From contig NZ_AP028907.1 of the NCBI RefSeq assembly GCF_036323395.1, positions 1,320,001-1,352,000 on the forward strand: a stretch of 32,000 nucleotides of DNA, in the 5' to 3' direction. Every line of letters begins with the position of its first letter. Within the stretch, counting starts at the first letter, position 1. This DNA comes from Pyrodictium abyssi. GTDB lineage: Archaea; Thermoproteota; Thermoprotei_A; Sulfolobales; Pyrodictiaceae. The position numbers and the translations under genes are program-made. A model generated the notes under the pieces. That model was not told where the DNA came from. It ran no database searches and saw only the letters and a program-made list of their open reading frames with translations. Positions 9,375 to 16,161 of this stretch are shown here, piece by piece.

Positions 9375-10065
9375 GTGCTGTCAGCGTATTTAAGCATCAC
9401 CCACGAGAGGCTCTTGGGAGCTGCCGAGGGTGGACCGGCCCTGACGCGTGTAGCACTGCTGTCGGGAGGCAAGGACTCACTGTACGCAGCAATGCAGCTA
9501 TGGCCGGATAGACTACGGTGTTGTGCTGGTCTACGACTTCCCTCGGCCCAGCCCCACCTCCTAAACCTCGGGAAGACTGTGGAGACGCTCATCCTCACTG
9601 GGATACCCGTTATCGTCGCCCATCTACGCCGGGGACACGAGCGAGAGGAGACCGTGAAGCTACTCCAGCGCCTCGGCGCAGACGAGATAGTGGCTGGCGA
9701 TGTCTACGTGGAAGACCACCTACGCTACATGGAGTCGGTCGCCGCCGAAGCCGGAGCTAGGCTCCGTGAACCCCCTCTGGGGCATGGATCCCGTTGAACT
9801 AGTTCATAGAGAGGCCGAAGCCGGGATAGAGGCTCTCTTCACCGACGCCAATGGGAGGATGCGGAGATGGCTTGGTAGAGTCTTCTCCCAGAAGACTGTT
9901 GAGGAGCTTGTGGAGTATGCTAGACGCGTGGGAGCTGACCCGCTAGGCGAGCAGGGCGAGTACCATACCTTGGTGCTCAGTAGCCCGCTTCACGCAACAA
10001 GGCTAGGCTACAGTGTGATAGAGACCCTGGAAGTACATGGCTACTACCTACTGAGGGTCGTGTAG
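9375..10065 (+). pseudogene. MJ0570/Dph6-type PP-loop ATP pyrophosphatase (diphthine-ammonia ligase family) carrying three frame breaks
   Basis: Frame 0 gives VALLSGGKDSLYAA (PP-loop). Frame +1 over 9508-9555 gives IDYGVVLVYDFPRPSP. Frame 0 then gives HLLNLGKTVETLILTGIPVIV...AGARLREP. Frame +1 from about 9776 gives LWGMDPVELV...GEQGEYHTLVLSSPLH, the family motif GEGGE(F/Y)(E/H)T. Breaks lie at about 9504-9510, at a C4 run (9552-9555) and at a C5 run (9771-9775). Confidence 0.7.
9386..9395 (-). promoter_or_regulatory. TATA-like element upstream of cbiM
   Basis: The minus strand reads gcttaaatac, about 60 nt upstream of the cbiM TTG. It lies in the divergent gap shared with the PP-loop pseudogene. 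Confidence 0.35.
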
Positions 10066-10067
10066 CC

Positions 10068-10849
10068 GTGGCTGGCCTCCCCTGCACCGTCGCCGAGGAA
10101 CTAGTGCTTGAGGCTCTCCGGAGGTACGTACGCAGCACCGGTTGTGACTGTATAGCACCTTAGCGGCGGGATCGACACCAGCATCGTCGCTCTCGCCGCG
10201 AGGCTCGAAGGGCTAAGACTCATCGGCATAACGGCCTTCTATACTGCTGGGCTGCCCCGCGACCTGCCATACGCGTCCTACGTGGCCGGAGCCCTTGGGA
10301 TAAGGCTCCACGTGGTGCCGGTGGACCCCAACTATATAGCCGAGCATGCAGTCATTGTCGCTAAGTGCACGAGAAGGAGGGACTACATAGAGCTGCGGAA
10401 CGACGTAGTCTTCCTCAGAGCCCTCGAGGAGGCAGAGAGGCTCAACTGCCACTGCATCCTCCTTGGCGACGGTGGAGACGAGTTGTTCGCCGGCTACCAG
10501 TTCATGCTGAGCCTTAGCAGCCGGGAGCTACGACAGACGATACTCAGGATGGCGACGAGAGGCCGGTACCCTGGCCTAGAGCTAGCCGAGTGCATAGGAG
10601 TGAAGGCGCACGCACCGTTCCTATGCGATGAAGTGCTAGAAGTGGTCATGAAAGTGCCGGTTGACTGTCTTAGAGCAGGCATCTCAGAGGGCAAAGAACT
10701 GTATACGGAACATCCTTAGGCACTATGGCCTCGCTCTGGTCGCGGAGAGGCCAAAGACTCCCGCCGAGCAGGGTGCTGGCACCGATGCCCTTAGCCGGGA
10801 GATGCTCGAGGAGATAACGGGCATGGAGCTTCCAGACTGCCACTGCTAG
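10068..10849 (+). pseudogene. Asparagine-synthase-type (AsnB C-terminal, PP-loop) synthetase domain protein carrying two frame breaks
   Basis: GTG at 10068 gives VAGLPCTVAEELVLEALRRYVRSTGCDCIA, then a stop at 10161. The +1 frame continues (H)LSGGIDTSIVALAARLEG...LLGDGGDELFAGY... (PP-loop SGGxDS and the AsnB GDG.DELF.GY motif) to a stop at 10719. The next +1 frame continues RNILRHYGLALVAERPKTPAEQGAG to 10849. Breaks lie at about 10158-10159 and about 10700-10710. Confidence 0.7.
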
Positions 10850-10853
10850 CCTG

Positions 10854-11594
10854 CTAACCGAGTGCGAGGAAAGCCGCAACCAGGGCCAGCCAGGCTGCTG
10901 CCACCGTTGCTGCAACGGCTACGCCGCGCTTCATGTCCCCGGGGCCCGGTAGCGGGCCCTCGCCGAGGACGTAGCTTCCCGGCTTCTCGAGCCTCACGCC
11001 GAGGGCGCCCGCCACTGCGCTCATCGGGTGGCCTGCGTTCCGGCTCTCCGTGGCCCCGCCGTAGCGCCTCCAGACCCGCAGCGCCCGGGCTGGGCTCCCT
11101 CCAGCTATGGGGGCTGCTAGCGCGGTGAGGGCCGCGGTGGCGCGGGCTGGGATGTAGTTGAGCAGTGTGTCCGCCCAGGCGCTGGCCCAGCCGGCCTCGA
11201 GGTAGTCGGGCGTCTTGAAGCCGAGGGCGCCGTCGAGGGTGTTAGCAAGCCTCTGGAGCAGCGCTCCGAGGGGCCCCAGCAGCGCTGTGTAGAGCAGTGG
11301 GGAGGTGTAGCCGTCTACGAGGCTCTCAGCTAGGCTCTCCACGGCCGCGCTAGCCACGTGGCCGGGGCCCAGCCGGTGCACGTCGCGGCGTACCAGGCCC
11401 TGGACGAGCACGCGGGCGCACACCGTGTCGCCCCGCTCCATGCAGCCCGCTGCCCGCCACACGGTCTCGAGGAGGAGGCGGAGCGAGAAGGAGACCTTCA
11501 GCACCCAGGCCGCGGCGAGCAGCCAGGCCAGGGGGCCGAGCCTCCACGCCGCGTAGAGCAGCGCCGCGTAGGCCGCGAGGTGCACGTCCACCAC
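10854..11594 (-). CDS. cbiB: Adenosylcobinamide-phosphate synthase CbiB/CobD; the intact ORF covers only the C-terminal ~80% of the family length
   Basis: Motifs LVRRDVHRL..., AAVESLAESLVDGYTSPLLY, NTLDGALGFK, NYIPARATA and ESRNAGHPM match the CbiB core. The family is usually about 310 aa with an N-terminal G-D/E-P...HPV segment. Here a peptide MVAVGVVDAVGDPVHVALAGLAGG occurs upstream in another frame (ORF 11597..11911). The gene is therefore probably frame-broken or truncated at its 5' end. Confidence 0.75.
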   Translation of the reverse strand: MVDVHLAAYAALLYAAWRLGPLAWLLAAAWVLKVSFSLRLLLETVWRAAGCMERGDTVCARVLVQGLVRRDVHRLGPGHVASAAVESLAESLVDGYTSPLLYTALLGPLGALLQRLANTLDGALGFKTPDYLEAGWASAWADTLLNYIPARATAALTALAAPIAGGSPARALRVWRRYGGATESRNAGHPMSAVAGALGVRLEKPGSYVLGEGPLPGPGDMKRGVAVAATVAAAWLALVAAFLALG

Positions 11595-12023
11595 CGCTAC
11601 CCAGGTGGCTGCTCCCCCTTAGCCTCGTGGACCCCGCCATGGAGAACCTCGCGGCGAGCACCGTCACGCCGGGGGCTATGTCGTGGACCAGGCCGAGGAG
11701 GTCGGAGGACTCGCCGCGGACCACCCAGGGCGTAGTCGCCACGGCCACCCTTTCGAGCGCCCCGGGGCTCCACCGCCCCTAGTATGGCCAGGACTGCGGC
11801 CATCTGGGTGCCGCCCGCCAGCCCCGCCAGGGCCACGTGCACGGGGTCGCCGACCGCGTCAACCACGCCGACAGCCACCATGGACCCCGAAGGCCGGGCG
11901 CCAAGGGGCACGCCGCAGAGGCGTCATCGGCCCCCGGGTAGACAGCCCTACGGGGCGCCCGGCAGCGCGCAATCACCCCAGCACACGTGGACACGGATCT
12001 AGTTTCATACCTCGGGCGGGGCG

Positions 12024-12983
12024 GTGCGGAACACACTGATGCAGCAGATATACAAGCTAGCAGCGGAAGACGCGGTGACGGCCATGCCCATATCCACTAT
12101 CAGCGTCGTGGGCGTGGCCGCCGGCTACAGAGGGAAGCCAGTCATCAGGGACGTAGACGTCGAGTTCCGCGGCCCAGGCGTACACGCTATCATCGGCCCC
12201 AACGGCTCGGGCAAGACGACCCTACTACGCGTCATCACCGGCGTCATAAGGCCCTACCGCGGCGACGTACTGTTCGACGGCAGGTCCATCCATAGGGAGC
12301 CAGAGGTGAAGAGGCTTATCGGCTACATGCCCGCCGAGATAGGCCTGCTGCCAAGGCTCACACTCTACGAGAACCTCGAGACCTACCTGGAGATCCTAGG
12401 CTACGACAGAGGCTTCCTCGAGGAGAGGCTCGAGGCCCTGGGAAGGGTCCTACCGCTCGACGACATCCTGCACAGGATGGTCGGGGCTATGAGCACGGGC
12501 CAGAGGGTCCGCGCAGGCCTAGTCCGGACCCTGATCCACGATCCGGAGGTTGTCGTGCTTGACGAGCCCACAAGAGGCCTAGACATCGTCCTCGCTAGGC
12601 AGGTCCGGGAGATGCTACAAGACATCGCCAGGGACAGGATGGTCATAATGACCACCCACCTGGCCCACGAGCTCCTCGAGCTAAGCAGCCACGTCACAGT
12701 CATGAAGAGCGGCCGGGTACTATTCAGCGGCAGCATAGACGAGTTTAGGCGCAGCCTAGCAGACAGGCCAGTAACCCTCCATATCCGCACAGCCACCCCC
12801 ATAGACGATGTGCTCGAGAACCTGGGCGTAGAGTTCCAGAGGAAAGCCTACAGCTACTACATAGTCAGGCTACCCAGCCTCAACGAGGCACCCCGGCTAC
12901 TCACGGAGCTACCCCGGCATACTGGCATACTCGAGCTCAGAGAGGACCTAGACGAGCTCGTGAAAGCCCTCTACGAGGGGTGA
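12024..12983 (+). CDS. ABC transporter ATP-binding protein (ABC-2 / drug-exporter type, with C-terminal accessory domain)
   Basis: Walker A GPNGSGKTT, Q-loop, signature MSTGQRVRAGL, Walker B VVVLDEPTRGLD and H-loop TTH. The start is uncertain: GTG 12024, ATG 12039 or ATG 12084. Confidence 0.9.
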   Translation: MRNTLMQQIYKLAAEDAVTAMPISTISVVGVAAGYRGKPVIRDVDVEFRGPGVHAIIGPNGSGKTTLLRVITGVIRPYRGDVLFDGRSIHREPEVKRLIGYMPAEIGLLPRLTLYENLETYLEILGYDRGFLEERLEALGRVLPLDDILHRMVGAMSTGQRVRAGLVRTLIHDPEVVVLDEPTRGLDIVLARQVREMLQDIARDRMVIMTTHLAHELLELSSHVTVMKSGRVLFSGSIDEFRRSLADRPVTLHIRTATPIDDVLENLGVEFQRKAYSYYIVRLPSLNEAPRLLTELPRHTGILELREDLDELVKALYEG

Positions 12984-12989
12984 ACCCGA

Positions 12990-13757
12990 GTGACCAGCCC
13001 CAGCTACCTGGCTAGATGCGTCAAGCTCTACGTGAAGCGCGGCTTCAACGAGGACCGGCGAACGACACTGCTAACCCTCCTACTCTCGGTAGTACTCACG
13101 GCGCACGTAACCCTCAGCATATCGAGAAAGCTACAGGCAATACCCGTGCAGGAGCTAGAGCACCTATCCAGCCTCTACACGCTCGTCCTCGGAACGACCA
13201 TCGGCTTCCTAGCCTCCGTCACAGCGTCCACCATAGGTAGCGTCGTCCACCACGACAGGGCCTCACACTTCATAGAAGTACTGCTATCCACGCCCCTAAC
13301 CGCCGGCTCATACATGGCATCAGTCGTCCTAGCCTCACTCATCCACGGGGCAATAGCCTACACCACCGTGGCATCAATATACACCCTCGTAGCCCTAAAC
13401 CTCGTAGCCTCCACAGCCAGAACCATACTCCTAAACGGCTGGATCTACACAACAGCGCTGCTAATGACCATACTCACGTCGCTAGCCTCCATAGCCGTAA
13501 ACTTCGCAGCCACCAGACTCTCCATGGACCCCTCAAGGCTATCCACAATACCATCAATGCTACTATTCCTCATAGCAGTCTTCATAATGGACACGGGAGC
13601 CGGAACAATGAACAGCGGATACCTCTACACATTCACGTGCCATACTACTAGCAGCAATCGGAGCCCTCACAGCAATCCTCGCCATTCTGTCGAAGAGGCT
13701 CGGCGGGGAATACCTAGTATCCCCATAGCACAACGACCCAACGCCCCGCACCACTAG
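12990..13757 (+). CDS. ABC-2 type transporter permease with an apparent +1 frame break near the 3' end
   Basis: GTG start 6 nt after the ATPase stop, with about 6 TM helices. The listed frame ends in a polar tail (..FTCHTTSSNRSPHSNPRHSVEEARRG..). The +1 frame (13642-13728) encodes a terminal TM helix, ILLAAIGALTAILAILSKRLGGEYLVSP-stop. Confidence 0.7.
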   Translation: MTSPSYLARCVKLYVKRGFNEDRRTTLLTLLLSVVLTAHVTLSISRKLQAIPVQELEHLSSLYTLVLGTTIGFLASVTASTIGSVVHHDRASHFIEVLLSTPLTAGSYMASVVLASLIHGAIAYTTVASIYTLVALNLVASTARTILLNGWIYTTALLMTILTSLASIAVNFAATRLSMDPSRLSTIPSMLLFLIAVFIMDTGAGTMNSGYLYTFTCHTTSSNRSPHSNPRHSVEEARRGIPSIPIAQRPNAPHH

Positions 13758-14019
13758 CACAGAGACCCACAGCCAGCACCCAGACCCCCGAGGCCATAGC
13801 CGTAGCCCCAGCCACCCAGCAACCACTACACCCAACCACCCTCACAACAGCATCCAAGCCCCACATAACCCGCCAGCACAGACCACACCGGCATCAAGGC
13901 AGCCCGGAACACCCTCCCCCTGACAACGCCACGGCTGCCTCACACACTGACAGCATCTGTGTAGAGCTGCGTCCCGACTAGCTGATAGAAGGCGCCAAAC
14001 ACACATCTTCCACGCCAAG

Positions 14020-14113
14020 ACTTACATTTCTCTAATGAGTTATGCTGGACACATGGTTTCTGCTAGCCGTCACTGGCCCAATATACTTACAATTCTCTGT
14101 TGAGTTATTTGCT
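14020..14113 (+). repeat. Imperfect direct repeat pair in an AT-rich core (14020-14046 and 14085-14113)
   Basis: acttacatttctctaatgagttatgct versus acttacaattctctgttgagttatttgct: 24/27 identical plus one 2-nt gap, with units 65 nt apart. Confidence 0.6.
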
Positions 14114-14188
14114 ATGTGAAATGTATTGTTCCTTGTTGGGAATTCTACAGATCCTGGTCCTCTCCGGTATATCGTCTCTGTATTTTTA

Positions 14189-14204
14189 TGTGTTTCTGGT
14201 TCTC
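14189..14204 (+). repeat. 16-nt element tgtgtttctggttctc, repeated at 14469-14484 with one mismatch
   Basis: tgtgtttctggttctc (14189-14204) versus tgtgttcctggttctc (14469-14484). Each copy abuts a TTTTATG TATA-like tract: 14184-14190 lies before the first copy and 14485-14491 lies after the second. Confidence 0.6.
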
Positions 14205-14286
14205 GGGGACAGCCCCAATTCCGCCGGGATCGGGCATTGTGTCTCCCTGGGGTGTGTTCCCATGGACTTGAATGTGGAGCTGAAAG

Positions 14287-14300
14287 GTTCCGGAACGGAG
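14287..14300. promoter_or_regulatory. Perfect 10-bp palindrome GTTCCGGAAC followed by GGAG (protein-binding-site candidate)
   Basis: Read directly at 14287-14296, with GGAG at 14297-14300. Further TTCC/GGAA dyads occur at 14129-14142 (TTCCTTGTTGGGAA) and 14257-14266 (TTCCCATGGA). Confidence 0.35.
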
Positions 14301-14535
14301 CGCCGGCTGGGCAAACAGGTAGTGGGAGTAAATGAGGAAGGGTTATGGGGGTTGGGTCTTTTGGGGGCTGTGTGTAGCTGTTTTGTCTGGGCCGTTGAGG
14401 TGTGCACGTCAGCCCGAAGCCCCTCGAGGGCGGTGTGGGCTACGGCCGTGAGCCGAGGCCGTCGCGCGTGTGTTCCTGGTTCTCCTTTTATGCTGGAGTT
14501 GTTGGCTGTACCTCTTGTTTCCTGGTGGCTGGGCT

Positions 14536-15402
14536 GTGTGTCGTCTCGTGGCTGGTGTGGCTTGGAGCCGTGAGGGTACGGCTGCCCTAGCTGGGCTTGT
14601 TCGTCTCCTCGCTAGGGCTGCCTCCGACGACCCGTACCTCGCCGCTATCACTGGAGGCGAGTCCCGGCACTGCCACGGGTTCGGGTTCCTGCTCGTGCTC
14701 GGCGTCGGCGGCAGCTGGCGGGTGGTCTATGAGCGGTTTGACGCGCTGGCGCCCGGTGTCGGCGAGGAGGAGGCGTGCCGGGTCAACCTGGACGTGCTGA
14801 GGGGCGCTGTGGAGCACGTGGCGGGGCTTGTGGCTGCTTCTGAGCGGGCCTACGTGGTGGTGCACGCACGGCGGGCTGGGCGCAGCGAGCCGCGGGGCTC
14901 TATGAATGCTCACCCGTTCGTGGTTTCGCTGGAGCAGCCTGGCGGGAGCCTGGAGCTCTACCTGGCGCATAACGGAGGGCTCTACAAGGACGCGCTGGGC
15001 GAGAGGCTGGGGCTGGACGCCAGCGTCTACACGGATAGCCACCTGCTCGCCGTCTACCTCGTAAGGAGGCTCCAGATGGGCCTCGGCCTCGGCGACGCTG
15101 TGGCGGAGGCCGCGGAGTTCACGAAGTCTGGGCTCGACCTCGCGGTGGCGCTGCTGGAGAGGCGCGCTACAGGTCTGGAGCCGAGCCTCTACCTTGTGGG
15201 CCACATGAAGCCGGGGCTGGACGAGAACAGGCAGAGGTACTACGAGCCCGTGGGCTTCCGCGGCGAGGGTGTGGCCGGCTACGTGTCCTCGACGATACGC
15301 GACCTAGCTGCCGAGAGGGGCGTGCCGCTGAGCTTTGAGAGGCTCTGGGGCGTGTACCGGGCCGAGCCCGGCGAGGGGCTCCGCCTCGTGAGGAGCCTCT
15401 AG
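14536..15402 (+). CDS. Class II (Ntn-type) glutamine amidotransferase-like protein (YafJ-type)
   Basis: A GTG at 14536 is followed directly by Cys (M-C-R-L-V-A-G), the N-terminal nucleophile arrangement of this family. Motifs HARRAGRSEPRGSMNAHPF, LAHNGGL and YTDSHLL. The track's longer start (14470) adds an implausible Cys/Trp-rich leader. A TATA-like ccttttatg lies at 14483-14491. Confidence 0.8.
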   Translation: MCRLVAGVAWSREGTAALAGLVRLLARAASDDPYLAAITGGESRHCHGFGFLLVLGVGGSWRVVYERFDALAPGVGEEEACRVNLDVLRGAVEHVAGLVAASERAYVVVHARRAGRSEPRGSMNAHPFVVSLEQPGGSLELYLAHNGGLYKDALGERLGLDASVYTDSHLLAVYLVRRLQMGLGLGDAVAEAAEFTKSGLDLAVALLERRATGLEPSLYLVGHMKPGLDENRQRYYEPVGFRGEGVAGYVSSTIRDLAAERGVPLSFERLWGVYRAEPGEGLRLVRSL

Positions 15403-15425
15403 CCTCCTCCTCGGCTGCCCCCGGG

Positions 15426-15433
15426 CTATATAA
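15426..15433 (+). promoter_or_regulatory. TATA box (ctatataa) 24 nt after the amidotransferase stop, positioned to drive the downstream structured RNA candidate
   Basis: A consensus-like archaeal TATA. The 8-bp stem of the RNA candidate begins 29 nt downstream of the TATA end, where a transcription start would be expected. Confidence 0.4.
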
Positions 15434-15461
15434 CACCCCTATGGCCTCTGTCTCTGCTCCG

Positions 15462-15543
15462 GCGGGGCGGGTGAGGTGGTAGGGACGTACCGACGCCTAA
15501 CGCCCCCTGGGTGAGGAGTGGTGGAGCGACCCTGACGCCCCGC
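15462..15543 (+). ncRNA. Candidate box C/D-like (K-turn, L7Ae-binding type) small RNA, 82 nt
   Basis: A perfect 8-bp terminal stem GCGGGGCG (15462-15469) / CGCCCCGC (15536-15543). A 3-nt bulge GGU is followed by GA (15473-15474) opposite the GA of CUGA (15532-15535), which directly abuts the stem; this is K-turn geometry. C-like box GUGAGGU (15471-15477), a 12-nt spacer, D'-like CCGA (15490-15493), C'-like GUGAGGA (15511-15517), a 14-nt spacer, then D box CUGA. The boxes are non-canonical and the D'-C' linker is long (17 nt). Confidence 0.35.
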
Positions 15544-15643
15544 AGCCACTCTCCCGCCGCCAGCGCCCGGCCGTGTTCTATGCGTTCTATGCATCCTGAT
15601 GCTTAGAATGCCTTAAATCAAGGCACGGCATATAGGCTCCTGG

Positions 15644-16096
15644 GTGCCCCGGGTTATGACAGGCAGCGGTAATGGGCCCCCGGGAGGGGCTATAGCCTGC
15701 CCTAGGCTGGAGGAGGGCATATTCTTCTACGACCCCGAGCGTGGATGGGTGCGAGCTGTCCAGCCTCCTAGGCCGGGCAACACGCTCATCGTGTTCGTGA
15801 ATGTTCTCTGCAAGCATACGTGTAACGAGCTGTTCCACCAGCTCTCCGAGAAGGCCGGGGGGCTCCTCGGCCGGGCTGTGGACGTCTACCTAGTGGTGTG
15901 CACCAGGTTCCACAAGGTCTGCGGGGACCCGGATGCAGGAAACCTCTTCCGGGCACACGATGTGATAGCTAGCCCGGCTGTCGTGCTCTACATCGGCGGG
16001 AGGCTAGTGGCTAAGCTCCAGGGCCGTTTGAGGCTTGAACAGAACCTAGACAATGTCGTAAAGGCTATAGCGGAGGCTGCTGGGCAGAGCTGGTAG
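15644..16096 (+). CDS. Thioredoxin-fold protein with an atypical C-x-x-x-C motif
   Basis: The pattern LIVFVNVLCKHTCNELF...(helix)...VIASPAVVLYIGGRLVAKLQG fits beta-CxxxC-alpha ... cis-Pro-beta-beta of the Trx fold. TATA-like ttaaat at 15613-15618; the start is GTG 15644 or ATG 15655. Confidence 0.55.
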   Translation: MPRVMTGSGNGPPGGAIACPRLEEGIFFYDPERGWVRAVQPPRPGNTLIVFVNVLCKHTCNELFHQLSEKAGGLLGRAVDVYLVVCTRFHKVCGDPDAGNLFRAHDVIASPAVVLYIGGRLVAKLQGRLRLEQNLDNVVKAIAEAAGQSW

Positions 16097-16126
16097 CGCT
16101 GCCTGGGGCATCCTTGATAGGCTCCG

Positions 16127-16134
16127 CCTATACT
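16127..16134 (+). promoter_or_regulatory. TATA-like element upstream of amrS
   Basis: cctatact lies about 30 nt upstream of the ATG at 16162, consistent with a leaderless or short-leader mRNA. Confidence 0.35.
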
Positions 16135-16161
16135 CTCCTCTAGGCCTGGGCGCTACGGGTT

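Noticed and set aside
11597-11911. ORF 11597..11911 (minus) as an independent gene.
   Set aside because: Most of the product is Arg/Pro/Gly-rich. Only its first ~25 residues look protein-like, and these resemble the missing CbiB N-terminus. I interpret it as a displaced fragment of cbiB.
14281-14306. AGGTTCCGGAACGGAGCGCC resembles the universal SRP RNA helix-8 motif (AGGUCCGGAAGGAAGCAGCC), which suggested a 7S RNA gene in the gene-free region.
   Set aside because: The GGAA tetraloop would be flanked by C and C and cannot be closed. I could find no pairing 5'/3' Alu-domain ends or helix-6-like element. I therefore treat it as a DNA palindrome.
14100-14573. The 157-codon ORF (and the minus-strand ORF 13563..13835) as genes filling the gene-free region.
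   Set aside because: The products are Cys/Trp/Gly/Val-rich strings produced by G/T-rich (or, on the other strand, C/A-rich) low-complexity DNA. They have no start context and they overlap the better-supported amidotransferase start and the permease end.
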